From: Heteronotia binoei
Taxonomy: Eukaryota
NCBI RefSeq assembly: GCF_032191835.1
Contig: NC_083233.1
Location: 53,506,001 to 53,570,000, forward strand
Length of the DNA stretch: 64,000 bases
Direction of reading: 5' to 3'
Both the position numbers and the translations under genes were made by a program. Below are positions 24,235 to 36,000 of this stretch, in pieces. Position 1 is the first letter of the stretch; every line of letters starts with the position of its first letter. The notes beneath the pieces are model-generated. The model saw nothing but the letters and a program-made list of their open reading frames with translations. It was not told the DNA's origin and did not search any database.

Positions 24235-26319
24235 CAGTGTTTCCCATTTGCAGGGTCATGACCCGGTACTGGGCCACGGAAGGGTCACAAGAAAAGCCAA
24301 AGCTAGCCCCGCCCCCAGCAAAGCTAGCCCTGCCCCATCTCTGTGTTGTGCAGAGAGGAGCTGGGCTGCCTCTCCTTCCTTCTTCCCCGCTCCCAGTGTT
24401 TGAAAGAAAAGCTAGCGTCCACTGGCACTGTAGACCCATGAAGTGTTTTTCAAGGTATGAGCTTTCCTGTGCCTTGCAGTATGTTCTTTTGGGGAGACTT
24501 CCCGGGGAGGCCTGGATGGCAAAAAAGGGTGTGTGTGTTTTTTTCAGCTGGGAGGGGTGTGGAGTGGGCATTCCAGTAGCTATTTTTTTTTACCAAACGA
24601 TCCCTGGGCAGAATTTTTGCTAGCTGGGGTCATCTGATGGTGAGAAAGGCTTTTTTTTCTTTGCCCCCCCCCCTTCTTTCTTTCTTTCCCTGCAAGTGAT
24701 GCTCTGTCTGCTTCCCCCCCCCTCCTCTTGGTGCTGGGAGGGGGGGAAGCAACAGTGGGAGAGCTTCTAGTGCCCTGGCCCCACTGGTGGACATTCTGGT
24801 GCTTTCTGGGCATTGTATGAGAGAATTTTGGACTGGATAGTCCACTGGCCTGATCCAACATGGCTCCTCTTATGTTTTATTTTCTTTCCATGTCTTTCTT
24901 TTCTTTTCTTTTCCTTTCCTTTCCTTCCATTTCATTCTTTCCCTTTCTTTCTTTCCTTCCATTTTTGCTGGATGAAACTTTTCTGTTCATCATACTGTGG
25001 TTGCAGACATAGGAGCTCTGCCAATGAAAAGTTGGCACCCCCAGTTGTAGCCAGGTGGCCTTCTATGAGATTTCTGTGTGAGTGAGTGAGAGTAAGAGGT
25101 GTGGGGCAGAAAGAGATTATTGGAGGTTACTGTGGTATATCTCAACAGCACTGGAAGAGATGGTACTATGAACTTGGCACCATTTTACTGGTCCTGCTTT
25201 TAACAGCTGTCTGACACCAAAATTAAAAAGGATGTAAGTAGTTCACTGGCTAAGTATCTGCACAATAGGTTGCTTTTAAAGGCATAGGAAACACAGCCAG
25301 TAAAAAGCTGCAAGCCCCTCATAAATATCCTTTTTGGGATAACTGCAGAAAAGCTTGTATGAACTTCATATAACTTGAAATTAATTCATTAATTGCAATA
25401 CAATTCTCTGCTACCTTTCACATCAATTTCCCCGAGTTTCAACCAAAGAAAAGTATGAAAAATAGCTGTCGAAAGATTTTCTTGAAACCAAGCAAGCTTG
25501 GTTGTAGCTTGAGGCAGGGTTCCAGTAGTAGCAGCTGAAGGAAGGGCCTACTAAATGTGTCAGCATATTTTGAGGTAGAGCAGCTGCCAGGGCCCAGTGT
25601 GGGTGGTACACAGTGCTGGCATTCCTGTTGGCAATGGCAACAGCACTCCCAATTGCATACACTGACCAGTGCTGTTGAGGAAGGGATGTGTAGGTGGTGC
25701 AGGCAATTGAACATGGGCATTAGGAGTGCTTGCAAGCTCGAGAAGAATACACAAACAGATAGGTGCATGCAGGTGTGGGGGTGAAAAGAGAGGACGCCCA
25801 CTTTCCACCCCCATTTTGACTCAGCATGAGTTTCAGAGAGATTTTTCTGAAAATGAATTTACTTCCGAAGAAGAGGCAGGTTTGGGGGAGTGCCCTGGAA
25901 GTGACATCACAGGAAAAGACGGAGTTTTGGTTCAGTGTGCCCCAGAAGTAATATCGCTTGATCCTTGACACCACAGGAAATGACAATTCCCGCCTCCTGG
26001 CCCCACCCCCAAAGTCTCCTGGCTCCACCCCCAAATTTTAGTGGGCCATGAAGGAGAAGTGTAAAAATAACTGGGCCACAGGAAAGAAGGGAGGGACAAT
26101 GGCTCATTGGTAGAGCATCTGTTTGGGAAGCAGAAGGTCCCAGGTTCAATCCCTGGCATCTCCAAAAAAAAAAGGGTCCAGGCAAATAGGTGTGAAAAAC
26201 CTCAGCTTGAGACCCTGGAGAGCCGCTGCCAGTCTGAGAAGACAATACTGACTTTGATGGACCAAAGGTCTGATTCAGTATAAGGCAGCTTCATATGTTC
26301 ATAAGTTTGGGAAACCCTG
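24235..26319. mobile_element. Non-autonomous hAT (Charlie-like) DNA transposon with nested inserts
   Basis: Ends CAGTGTTTCCCA..TGGGAAACCCTG; perfect 8-bp TSD GTCTAGAT (24227-24234 / 26320-26327). Confidence 0.8.
26090..26300 (+). mobile_element. tRNA-headed SINE (squamate type; Squam2-like is tentative); partial second copy at ~30975-31125
   Basis: A box TGGCTCATTGGTAGAGC and B box GGTTCAATCCC, followed by a non-tRNA body and LINE-like tail. Confidence 0.7.
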
Positions 26320-27777
26320 GTCTAGATTTTTATTGTTATTGACATTGTATTGCATCCATTGTTATGCCCTTGTTATACCTTACATGATACTTTGTATGTT
26401 TTAACTTCTAGTTTACTTTCCTTTTTCTTGAGATTTTTGTAGATTTGTAACAGCCAATGGCTATTTACAATAAATTAACTGACTAAAGGGTACTGTATGG
26501 CTTTTGAAACCTCTGGTTGTATTGAGATACTCTGTCTTAAGCCCCCTTCTTGTATTTATTCATACAAGGTTGGACAAAATCTCTATGTGAACACATGTAT
26601 ACTAGAGCAACCAGGGGACCTGTAAGAACTTTTTTTTTGGGGGGGGGGGAGATCTCATTTTCACCTGTGTCCCTTCTCTCCCCCTCTGCCTTCAGCCAGG
26701 CCTTCATCCGAGTTGATAGGCAGTAGGAATGTGCATCTTTTTTAAAAAAAGTATTTTTCAGGTGCTGTGGAGGGCATAAACACTAGTAATCTGGTATTTA
26801 GGGGTTTTTTTTTAAAAAATGTGCAATAATTTGTGTCTATTATTTTATATAAGGAATCTTTTGGGAGATGGCTTTTTTTGAGTCAATGACACCAAAACTG
26901 CAGAAGTTAATGCTGCCCATCTACTAACCCCTCCCCCCCTCAAACTTTCAAGTGAATTAGAACAAGAATAACCAAACACACAAGAGCCAGAAATCACTGG
27001 CCAAAAGCTTCCCAATGTGAACAGAACCCCAGTAGAATCAACATAAAACCAAGGAATCCCAGCAGAACCAGATAATTCATTTATTTTATTTACATTATTT
27101 ATAGTCCACCTTTCTCATTGGAACTCAAGGCAGATTACAGAGTGAGTCAATACAATCAACAGCATGGCACAGTCAGTAAATAATGAAACAGGATTTGGGT
27201 TGCAGAATGAACCAAAAGTCTAAAAAACAAAACTGAGGCGAAGCATAAACATGTTAACATGACACAGTAAATTATGCAAAATTTGCAGGGCCCAAATTAC
27301 AGCAATTTGCACAGTACAGTCTCTAATAATTTGTCCATGTATCTTTGTGATTCCTTTTGTACAGTGCTACCCCATTGTCAGTGTACAAAAGCCCTCCCGA
27401 GTAATTCAATTTGCACAGTTTACAGAAAGCCAGGAGCATGGGAGCCTTCCTGACTTCCTCAGGCAGACCATCCCACAATGGAAAAGCAAACTAATTGGAA
27501 CAAGCAAAGAGACAGTATTTCTAATCCAACAGAACCAATGTCAAACCAAAAAATCCCAGCAGAGCCAACCTGGCAAGCTCCTCTTGACATATGACTGCAT
27601 TTCCATGTGACAGTTGCCTCTCCCCTACCCTTTCCTATTGCCCAGGAAACCTGCAAAAAGTACCATCCCACCCCTCCCCAATTTTGGAGCTTTAAAATGC
27701 TGGCCCCATCTATTCCTGCATATTCCCAAATATTCCCAGGAACATTTGGGATTGGGATATAGGTATTGCCAAGATTC

Positions 27778-28056
27778 CCAGTTTGGTGTAGTGGTTAAGT
27801 GTGCAGACTCTTATCTGGGAGAACTGGGTGTGATTCCCCACTCCTCTACTTGCACCTGCTAGCATAGCCTTGGGTCAGCCATAGCTCTGGCAGAGGTTGT
27901 CCTTGAAAGGACGGCTGCTGTGAGAGTCCCCTCCAGCCTCACCCACCTCATAGGGTGTCTGTTGTGGAGGAGGAAGGTAAAGAAGATTGTGAGCCGCTCT
28001 GAGACTCTTCGGAGTGGAGGGCGGGATATAAATCCAATATCTTCTTCTTCTTCTTC
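27778..28056 (+). mobile_element. Sauria-type SINE
   Basis: TTTGGTGTAGTGGTTAAG tRNA-like head..GGGCGGGATATAAATCCAATA(TCT)n tail; closely similar copies elsewhere in the window. Confidence 0.85.
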
Positions 28057-29436
28057 CATCTGAATCCCAAATATACCCAAAAAATACTGATAAGATTTTG
28101 GGGGATATATTCAGACTGGATGTATCCAAGCATTCATTCCTAGTAGCGAGTCACCTGTGTAAGCTGTGTAGTGGCCATTGTCAGGCTGGCAAAGTCACAC
28201 AGCTTGCACAGCAGCAAGTCACCAGATGAGTCTCTGTTGCTGCCAGTTGGCCTAGTCTCATTCTGTAGGTTGTACAGCAGCAAGTTGCCTTTCTTAGTGA
28301 TGAAGTGGCCACCACCAGGCCCAGCTGGGCCAGTTACATGAATCACACAGCTGCTGCTGGGCCCAAGCAAGATGTATAAGTTGCAGAGTGGTGAGCAGTG
28401 TTCCCTCGAAGCTGAGTTAGTGTGAGGTAGCTTGAAGGGTTTTTAGCCTCTGGCTTGCACATTTTTGACTTAGCTCATGAAAAATGGCTCCAGAGCAAAC
28501 TAATTTATGCAGTAGCTCACAAAGTAGAATCCCTGCTCACAAGACTCCACAGCTTAGAGAGAACATTGGTAGTGAGTTATGTAGTGGCTGCTGCCAGGCT
28601 CGGCCCCTCAGACAAGCCATCCCTCCATCAGGCACTTGGCATGGGAGTGCTCAGGACTGCTTTTCAGGACTAGATGTGGAAGGCTAGGCAGTATTGTGGT
28701 TATCTAGTAACCTCTGCAATGGCCACTGAGATCTCAGCACATAGTCTTTGAAGATCTTTGTGTGCATTCCTTTCTTAAAGTTATAGAAACTGCTGCTGTA
28801 ATTTTTTGGGAGAGGAGATATAAACCGTGTCTTTTTAAAATTTTCAGTTGCAAATTTTTCAGCAATCAGGGGCCTCCCTCAGGTTTGTAGACATGCCCCC
28901 TTCTCAGCTCCATTATGGGAATTTTTGATCCACACTACACATCCTGGTTCAGCATTACATACAATGGTAAGATTTTAGCAAAGAATCCATTATTTTTTAA
29001 AATCCAAACAAGTTATTTGAGTTAACTGGAAAACAAGTATTTTCACATAACTATTTATGCTTACCCCCCAAACCCCTGAATTTTTAAAAGCACATACTTC
29101 CATCAGACAAAAGAAAGATAATTCAGTTGATAACTAAATATTCAAGCAAATTCTCAGCTGCTCTTCTGGTTTTCTCGCATACTGACTGGATGACCAGAAA
29201 TGGTCCAGTTTTTTAGAGAGGTCACCAATTTTTTCATGTGAAAGTCTCACCCCATAAGCTTCCTCCTCAGATGGAAAAGGGGTGGTGCCATCTACCCCAT
29301 CCTGACACAAATCTTTGCTGCTGCATAACACTGCAACCAAAGCACCTGACCACCAGGCAGGCTGCCTCTTCTGATGAGGATTGCAGTCTTTAAAGGGATG
29401 CAAAAGCCAGAAGGAGGGAAGGGGAGAAAAAAGACA

Positions 29437-29442
29437 TTTATT
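29437..29442 (-). terminator. Candidate poly(A) signal AATAAA for TCN2
   Basis: AATAAA on the minus strand ~530 nt downstream of the TCN2 stop. Not validated. Confidence 0.4.
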
Positions 29443-29974
29443 GCTATTCTTTAAAAGCTCACTCTCTTATTTTGACAGTCTTGAGATTTGATAGTCATTG
29501 CATAGGATTTTAAAAAACCATACATTTGGCACTAAGCAACCCACGAGGTCTCTTCAGAAAGCACTACTTTAGGGCTGCCCACAAATCAGCAAAGGCTCAG
29601 GAAACACTTACTCAGATCCTCTGCAGCACCAAATGAGGTACCGTCTTCTTTAATCCTGTGAGAGATCTAGGAATACACTGTTGAATTGTGCACTCAGCTC
29701 CAGTGGCAATGAGTGAAGCCAGGGTGCAGATGCATCTCTCCACTGCTTGTTAAATTTCACTCCAAGCATGGTCTGAGCAATCCGTTGCATAAGAATTAAG
29801 TTGCATCAGAAGAAACATCATTTGGGGTTCAAGGTGAACGGCGTTTAGTGCAAGCGAGAGAAAGCTTAGAACCTCAAGAGATGATGTAGAGAATACGCTT
29901 CAGTGGCAGCATAACACACATCCCTGTGGCTGGGGCTGCCAGCTGAGAAGATGTCATTAGAACGAGGCCTCCCT

Positions 29975-30036
29975 CTACCAAGGGGTGAATCTTAAGATGA
30001 TGGATTCTTCATCTTGTGGGATATAGTCAGCAATAC
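29975..30036 (-). CDS. TCN2: TCN2 exon 9 (terminal; absent from ORF track)
   Basis: GIADYIPQDEESIILRFTPW* after TTCTTGCAG acceptor; TAG stop. Confidence 0.92.
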
Positions 30037-33000
30037 CTGCAAGAATAACAGCAAAGGCCATGAGGGGAGGGAGGATCCACTTTGTATATTTTATCCTTTT
30101 TCCTGCTATAGGAGCGTGGAATGCAATTCTGAGTAGAACAGGACTCAGAATTCAGCCTCCAGCAAAACTTTTTTTGTTTTTGTTTTTAAAGCAAGTTTCT
30201 AAAAGCCCTTGGGTGATGTTTGAAGAAGTTAGACTATTGACATCGAACAAGATTTTCAGTGGTTCAGGATGGGGTTTCAGTAGCTTCCATGGTTCCTTTC
30301 CCTTCCCTAAAGCTAGCAAAACAGGATGAATCACGCATCTGTTTATTGTGCTGTTCTCACAACACAATCTGTGCTTCTGCTTTCTGCACTGCCACCATAG
30401 CATCCAATGGCAGATTTGTGCAGCAGGGGTGATACGCAACCTGTGCACACACATATACGCCGCTGCAAATTTCAGCAGGATTGGGTGGGTGGGGAATGTG
30501 AGAAGCACTCTTCTGTAATTTGTCCTGTTCTACTAGCGCCTGCTGAGCCTGTCCTCAAAAAGTGCTGTAAATGAATGAAATTTCAAAGCTGAAAATAGGT
30601 CCCCCCATGCTATTTATACAACAGCAGCAGAAAACCAGTGGAGGGTGCATTAACCAACAAACAGAGACACTTCCAGGGCTGTGTCTTGCTGAAGACCAGT
30701 CTGAGACCCAATGTGGTGTACTGTCAGACTAATATCTAGGAGATTCTGGTTTAAATTCCCAATCTGCCATGGAAGTTTGCTGGGTGACCTTGGGCCACTC
30801 ACATATACACTTGGCCTGTAAGCCACATTTGGTCCCCTTTGGGAGAAAACACAAGGTATAAATGAATAAATAATTTGGATAAAGGCCACAGTACTTGGCA
30901 GAGGGAGTTTGTTTTAAACTTTTTGAGCTCAATAAGGTGCTGATTTCAACTGGAGAAACAGCACGGAGGGGGGGGGGGGAGAATGGCTCAGTGTTAGAGC
31001 ATCTGCTTGGCATGCAGAAGGTCCCAAGTTCAATACCCAGCATCTCTAGTTTAAAGGATGAGGTAGTAGGTGATGTGAAAACTTCTCTACCGCAGACTCT
31101 GGAGAACTGCTGCCAATCTGAATAGAATCATGGAATCCCAGAGAATCATGGAATCCCAGCCCAGCTAGTCCCACCCCCTGCTCAATGCAGGATCAGCCTA
31201 GAGCATTCCTGACAAGTGTTTGTCCAGCCACTGCTTAAAGACTGCTAGTGAACCTGAACAAACAAAAGCCATATCAAATGTCACTGTGAAAGAGGTATTC
31301 CTCTTGGTATCCCACAACCCCCTGGCATTGTGCTTCTAAAGCTCACCCTGCTCCACAGTGGTGTGTGGGAATTGGATAATTTTCCAGTATTTGCGTTCTC
31401 CTTGTCTCGGTTTCACCCCCATCACTGAAGTAAGCATCGGGCCAGAGAGGGTCTCCTGAGTCTCAAACCTGTTCAGCAAATGAGAGAACAAGACAGAAAT
31501 AAACAGGCCATGGTGGCCACTACGGTTTTATAAAAGCTGTTCATTCAAGCGAGATGGGACAGCTACGCCTGCCTTGTGTAAACATGGAAGCAAGATTACC
31601 AGAAAGTCTTCTAGACTAAGTCTTGGGGTCAAAGTAAGATCTACACTACAAACTTATTTTAATTTTATCATGACCTCTCCACAGAATCCTGGAAACTACA
31701 GTTTGGCCAGTGTGTTGAGGACTGTATTAAAGATCCACAATCCACTGCAGTTCCCAAGAACCGAGGAAGATGATTTTTAAAAAAGCTTTGATCTGTAATA
31801 TTGATATGCCCCAAGTCTCCAGTGCCCTCTCATCCACAGAAAAACTGATATTTCAAAAGGAAACATTTCATTACCTAAGTCAAGGCTGAAAACATCCTGC
31901 AGCATCCACTGTACTCCTAGTGTTCCAGAAACACCTACCTTAGCCTTCCTAGGCTTCAAAAGATTTCCACATTGACTTCTCAAAGGGTGCATTCCCACTA
32001 CACTAAATCATGTGTTTTGCAAATAGATTTTAGATATTCTTTCACAGTAAAAATCCAGTTGCAAAATTCATTATTTATTGTAGTATGAACACACCCACAG
32101 ACTCATTTCAGTCTTCAGCTTGATGAAATATGCTTGTGATTTTGAGGGACAAATAACTACATAATGCATAAATTAGGTGGATGGGAAAAACTTCTGAGAA
32201 ACTTCTGGTCCTCATTTCGGCCCAGGCTTGATAGCAATAGAGTAATTAACAGACATTCTCGCATTCTGACATGTTACTGTTTTATTGGTTTCCCACACAA
32301 ATGCTATCCAGAGCAAATGTTCTTTCAATTGTTAATTTCACTATTTTGCCATTGGATTCTAACTTTGCATTCTAAGCTACTACCTGCCAGCTATAAGTAG
32401 TTCTGCTCACTGTACTCCATTCCATTGTTTGATGAAGCATGCATGCATACGAAAGCTTACATTCTGAATAAAACTTTGTTGGTCTTAAAGGTGCTACTGG
32501 ACTACTATTTTGTTCTACTGCTCTGTCATGTTACTATGTTTTTGTTAGATGATATGATCTTAAAAATAAAAGTGTTTTCATTCTGTTTGAATTATTGCAA
32601 GATTCATTCCAAGTCCTGCCCCATAGAACCCACGAACTGAGGTTACACATGGTTATCCCAACTCGTATCCTCCCTGGGCTGCTCCCTTTAATTCCCTGCT
32701 GGAGGAAGAGTATCTCACGAGAATGGCTTGGAACTCCGCTTCTCAGCAGCTTTCAGAACATCTAGCAAGGAGGAGCCAGCAGGAACTCGGATGACTTCAT
32801 TGTACAGTGGCAGACGATGTGGTGGGCGTTTCACAGTCAGGTGGATGGTGATCTTTTTATCCTGGTAGGTCACCCTAGGCTCTGGAGCAGAAGTGCCCAG
32901 CACCAAATTGTCTGAAGAGGCAAAAGGTGAGAATCAGCAGCCAAAAATCCTCCTGCCAGCATCTTCATTATGTTGTTTTTCCTGCATCTTTCATTCAATG

Positions 33001-36000
33001 CATCTCCTCTTCTTCTAATCTCCTCTGAGGGAACACGCACCCCTTTTCTGTTTTTGTTTTTAAATTTATATAAGCATGTGTGTGCACCTAGAAGTCATGG
33101 CTACCTCTGGTGACTGACCTCTACTGGGAGCCTGGAGGATATTCAGGGGGGTGGCTGAATAAAGCCTGCCCCTCACCCCCCAACTTCTAGTATTCCAAGG
33201 AAGTCACCCAAACAAAAACTTGCCAGAATCAACCCTGCTTAGCTTCTGAGATCTGATAAGATCCGGCTTGCCTGGGGAGGAGGAGGAGGGAGAGGAAGAA
33301 GAGATTGGATTTATACCCCACCCTTCATTACCTGAAGAAGTCTCAGAGTGGCTTACAATCTCCTTTCCCTTCCTCTCCTCTCAACAGACACCCTGTGAGG
33401 CAGGTGGAGCTGAGAGGACTCTTAACAGAAACTGCTCTTGAGAGGAACACTGCAAGAACTTGTGACTGACTCAAGCTCACATCAGCTGGTGCATGTGGAG
33501 GTGTGGAGAATCAAACCCGGTTCTCTCAGATAAGAGTCAGTGCACTTAACCACTACACCAAGCTGGCTCTCAGAAGCACCAAGGAGCTTCTGCAGTGGAG
33601 AACTAATAGGTGTGAAAGTGGCCAAGCACCCTGCCACCTACCTGGTGACAGAAATGCATTATTTTTCCATCCTGAGCCTTATGGGAGGGCACGATAGAAA
33701 TCAAAGTAAATAAATAAATATCTGACTCATGATAATCCTTTCAAGTCTTGTGAAAAACATCAAGAAGCCTTGAAGTGGTGATGGAAGAGATGGCAAAGGA
33801 AAGTATGGTATACTGTGTTATTGGGAAAATTATCTGCATATAGGAAGTTCTGGAATGGAGTCCAACATGTACAAGATGCAACATGTACAATCACATCTCC
33901 CTTCATTACTTTTTGGAATAGAAAGAGCTCTAAAGAATCAGTCAAAAAAGAGATACTGAACCTTGTTTAGATTGGCAAATATTACCTCATAGATCTTCAC
34001 AGATATCGTATTAAGTGTATAATATTATAAAATAAATGGATTATAAAAACTAAAAGAAGTCCTGAAGTGGGAATTGTTGACATTCCTCATGGAGTGCCTG
34101 CCAGCCTATTATTTTTACTTCTTACACAGATTCTGCTGCATTGGAAATCAAAGTTAAAAAAGCTATTGCTGCGGTTTCTAAGAGATAAGTGTGAATTTCA
34201 GATCAAAGACAGCAAGAAGAAAAAGACTGAGGGGAGTCTCTGGAGGGAACTAAAGAACTGTGCTACCATGCCCACATAAAATAAATTTCTGAGAGTCATG
34301 TGTTCTGGAACCCAATTAATTATATACCACATTCAGACTGATTCCTCACCGGCATTTGCTGCACCCCCACACTTCTCCTTGCATCTGCACAAGCCATCAA
34401 TTCTCCACCAGTCGCTCTGCAGCCTCTTGCTTCGGAGCTCCTTCCCATTCTCATCGCAGCAACTGGAACTCCAAAAAACCAGCATCCTGTTGCTGCGATG
34501 GTAATAGGAAGTAGCTGTGATGTAACTAGTGGGGAATCCATGGCTTGAGCTGGTGCAGGGAGAAGCGTGGGGGCAGAGCAAATGCTGGTGAGGAATCAGT
34601 CTCAGTCAAGAGCGTCCATCTCTCAGCTGGATTGGTCTACGGTAAGTAGCTTGCTCAGGTAACAGAGCCTCTGCCACAGCTTTGCTCTTACTCCCAAGGA
34701 CTGCAATGCTGTGGAAGGGTGATATGCAACAACCGATTCTCCATTGTAATGACTTCACCCCTAGATCTGATTCTGGTACTTATTTTGACAAATGTCGATT
34801 TAAGAACACATTTGCTCTTCCATGTAATAGCCCCCACCCCCAGTATTTGAAGAATCACACCTTCCCTTAGTCTTCTCCAGGGTAGCACATTCAGTTTCTT
34901 CAACTTTTCCTCATAGAACTGCTTTTCCAGTTGCAGGGTCTGGAAAACAAGCTGTACAAGGAAAAGCTTAAGAAACTGGGTGTGTTCAGCCTGAAGAAGA
35001 GAAGACGGAGGAAAGACATGACTGTGGTCTTCAGATTCCTCCAAGAGCTGTTTGCTGCCCAAGAGGGCAACTCTAGACCTGGGGCTTAAGTTGCAGGCGG
35101 GAGGATTCCAGCTGAACATCTGAAGGAACTCCCTAACAATAAGAGCAATTCAACAAAGGAGCGCCTCACAGGGAAACAAGTTGACCTGGGTTGGTGGCTG
35201 GCTGGGGGTAATCCCAGTTTTGCATATTCTCACTTCCTTCCTCAACCGTACCTTCCTCAGTGTGGCACTCCATCCTGGCGATGTCCACATAGCTCTTGCC
35301 ATGTAAGACGGGTAGCAACTGGGATCCGACAAGGGGGTTTTGGAAGATGCCTTCCTCCAGCTTCCCAAGCAGGGCGGCCATACCGTTGGGGCACTCTGGC
35401 TCCTTGTTCCTCACCCCCGCCGCAATGAGAAACTATGTCAGAAAGGGATGGAATGGAAGAAAGAAGCTGTACTTGTGTTCTGCTGCTTGGGAGGCTTCTA
35501 AAGCTGAGCAGGGCAAAAAGCAATCTTCTAGAACAGCTGGGGTAGGCAGTAAAACCAGACGTCTCTCAGATTTACTATTGAAATGACAGACGTGCCTACC
35601 AAGAAATCTAATGCTGGCTTGGCTGTTACTCTTACCCCTCTCCCTTGCTTCAGGAAGGCGGGTGGCTTTTTTATTTTTAAAAGCAGCAGTCTATGGCTGC
35701 TCATGTATCTGTACTTTAAAGATGGAATGATAGGTGGTGATATTAATTGATTAAATGTCTTTCAATCAATAAAAGGGTGTCTAAAACTAACTGGGCACTG
35801 GATGTGGGCTTTTAAAAGTATTATTCTTTTAAAATGCAATTCCTTCTAAAGGCAGTGGATGACAAGCGCTTTTTGACCAAGTGGCTTTTCAGCAACTTCC
35901 ATGTAATTGGCTTTAAAAATACACACAGAGAGGAGGCATGCAAGAGTCTTTGCTCTTCTACCAAAATGGCAGCAAGACTCATTGATGGTAAATTCTTGAG

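Noticed and set aside
26090-26165. tRNA-like A/B boxes here and in Sauria SINE heads
   Set aside because: No complete cloverleaf, and they continue into SINE bodies.
28140-28370. Minus-strand ORF with GNLLL..CKLCDF, superficially kinase-like or Ig/WD40-like, with plausible splice sites
   Set aside because: No HRD, no DFG glycine, no Ig D-x-G-x-Y-x-C; no partner exons found. A BLASTX/HMMER search would settle it.
33740-34280. Possible old L1 ORF2 3' remnant (ILLHWKS motif)
   Set aside because: Too degenerate to define ends or a TSD.
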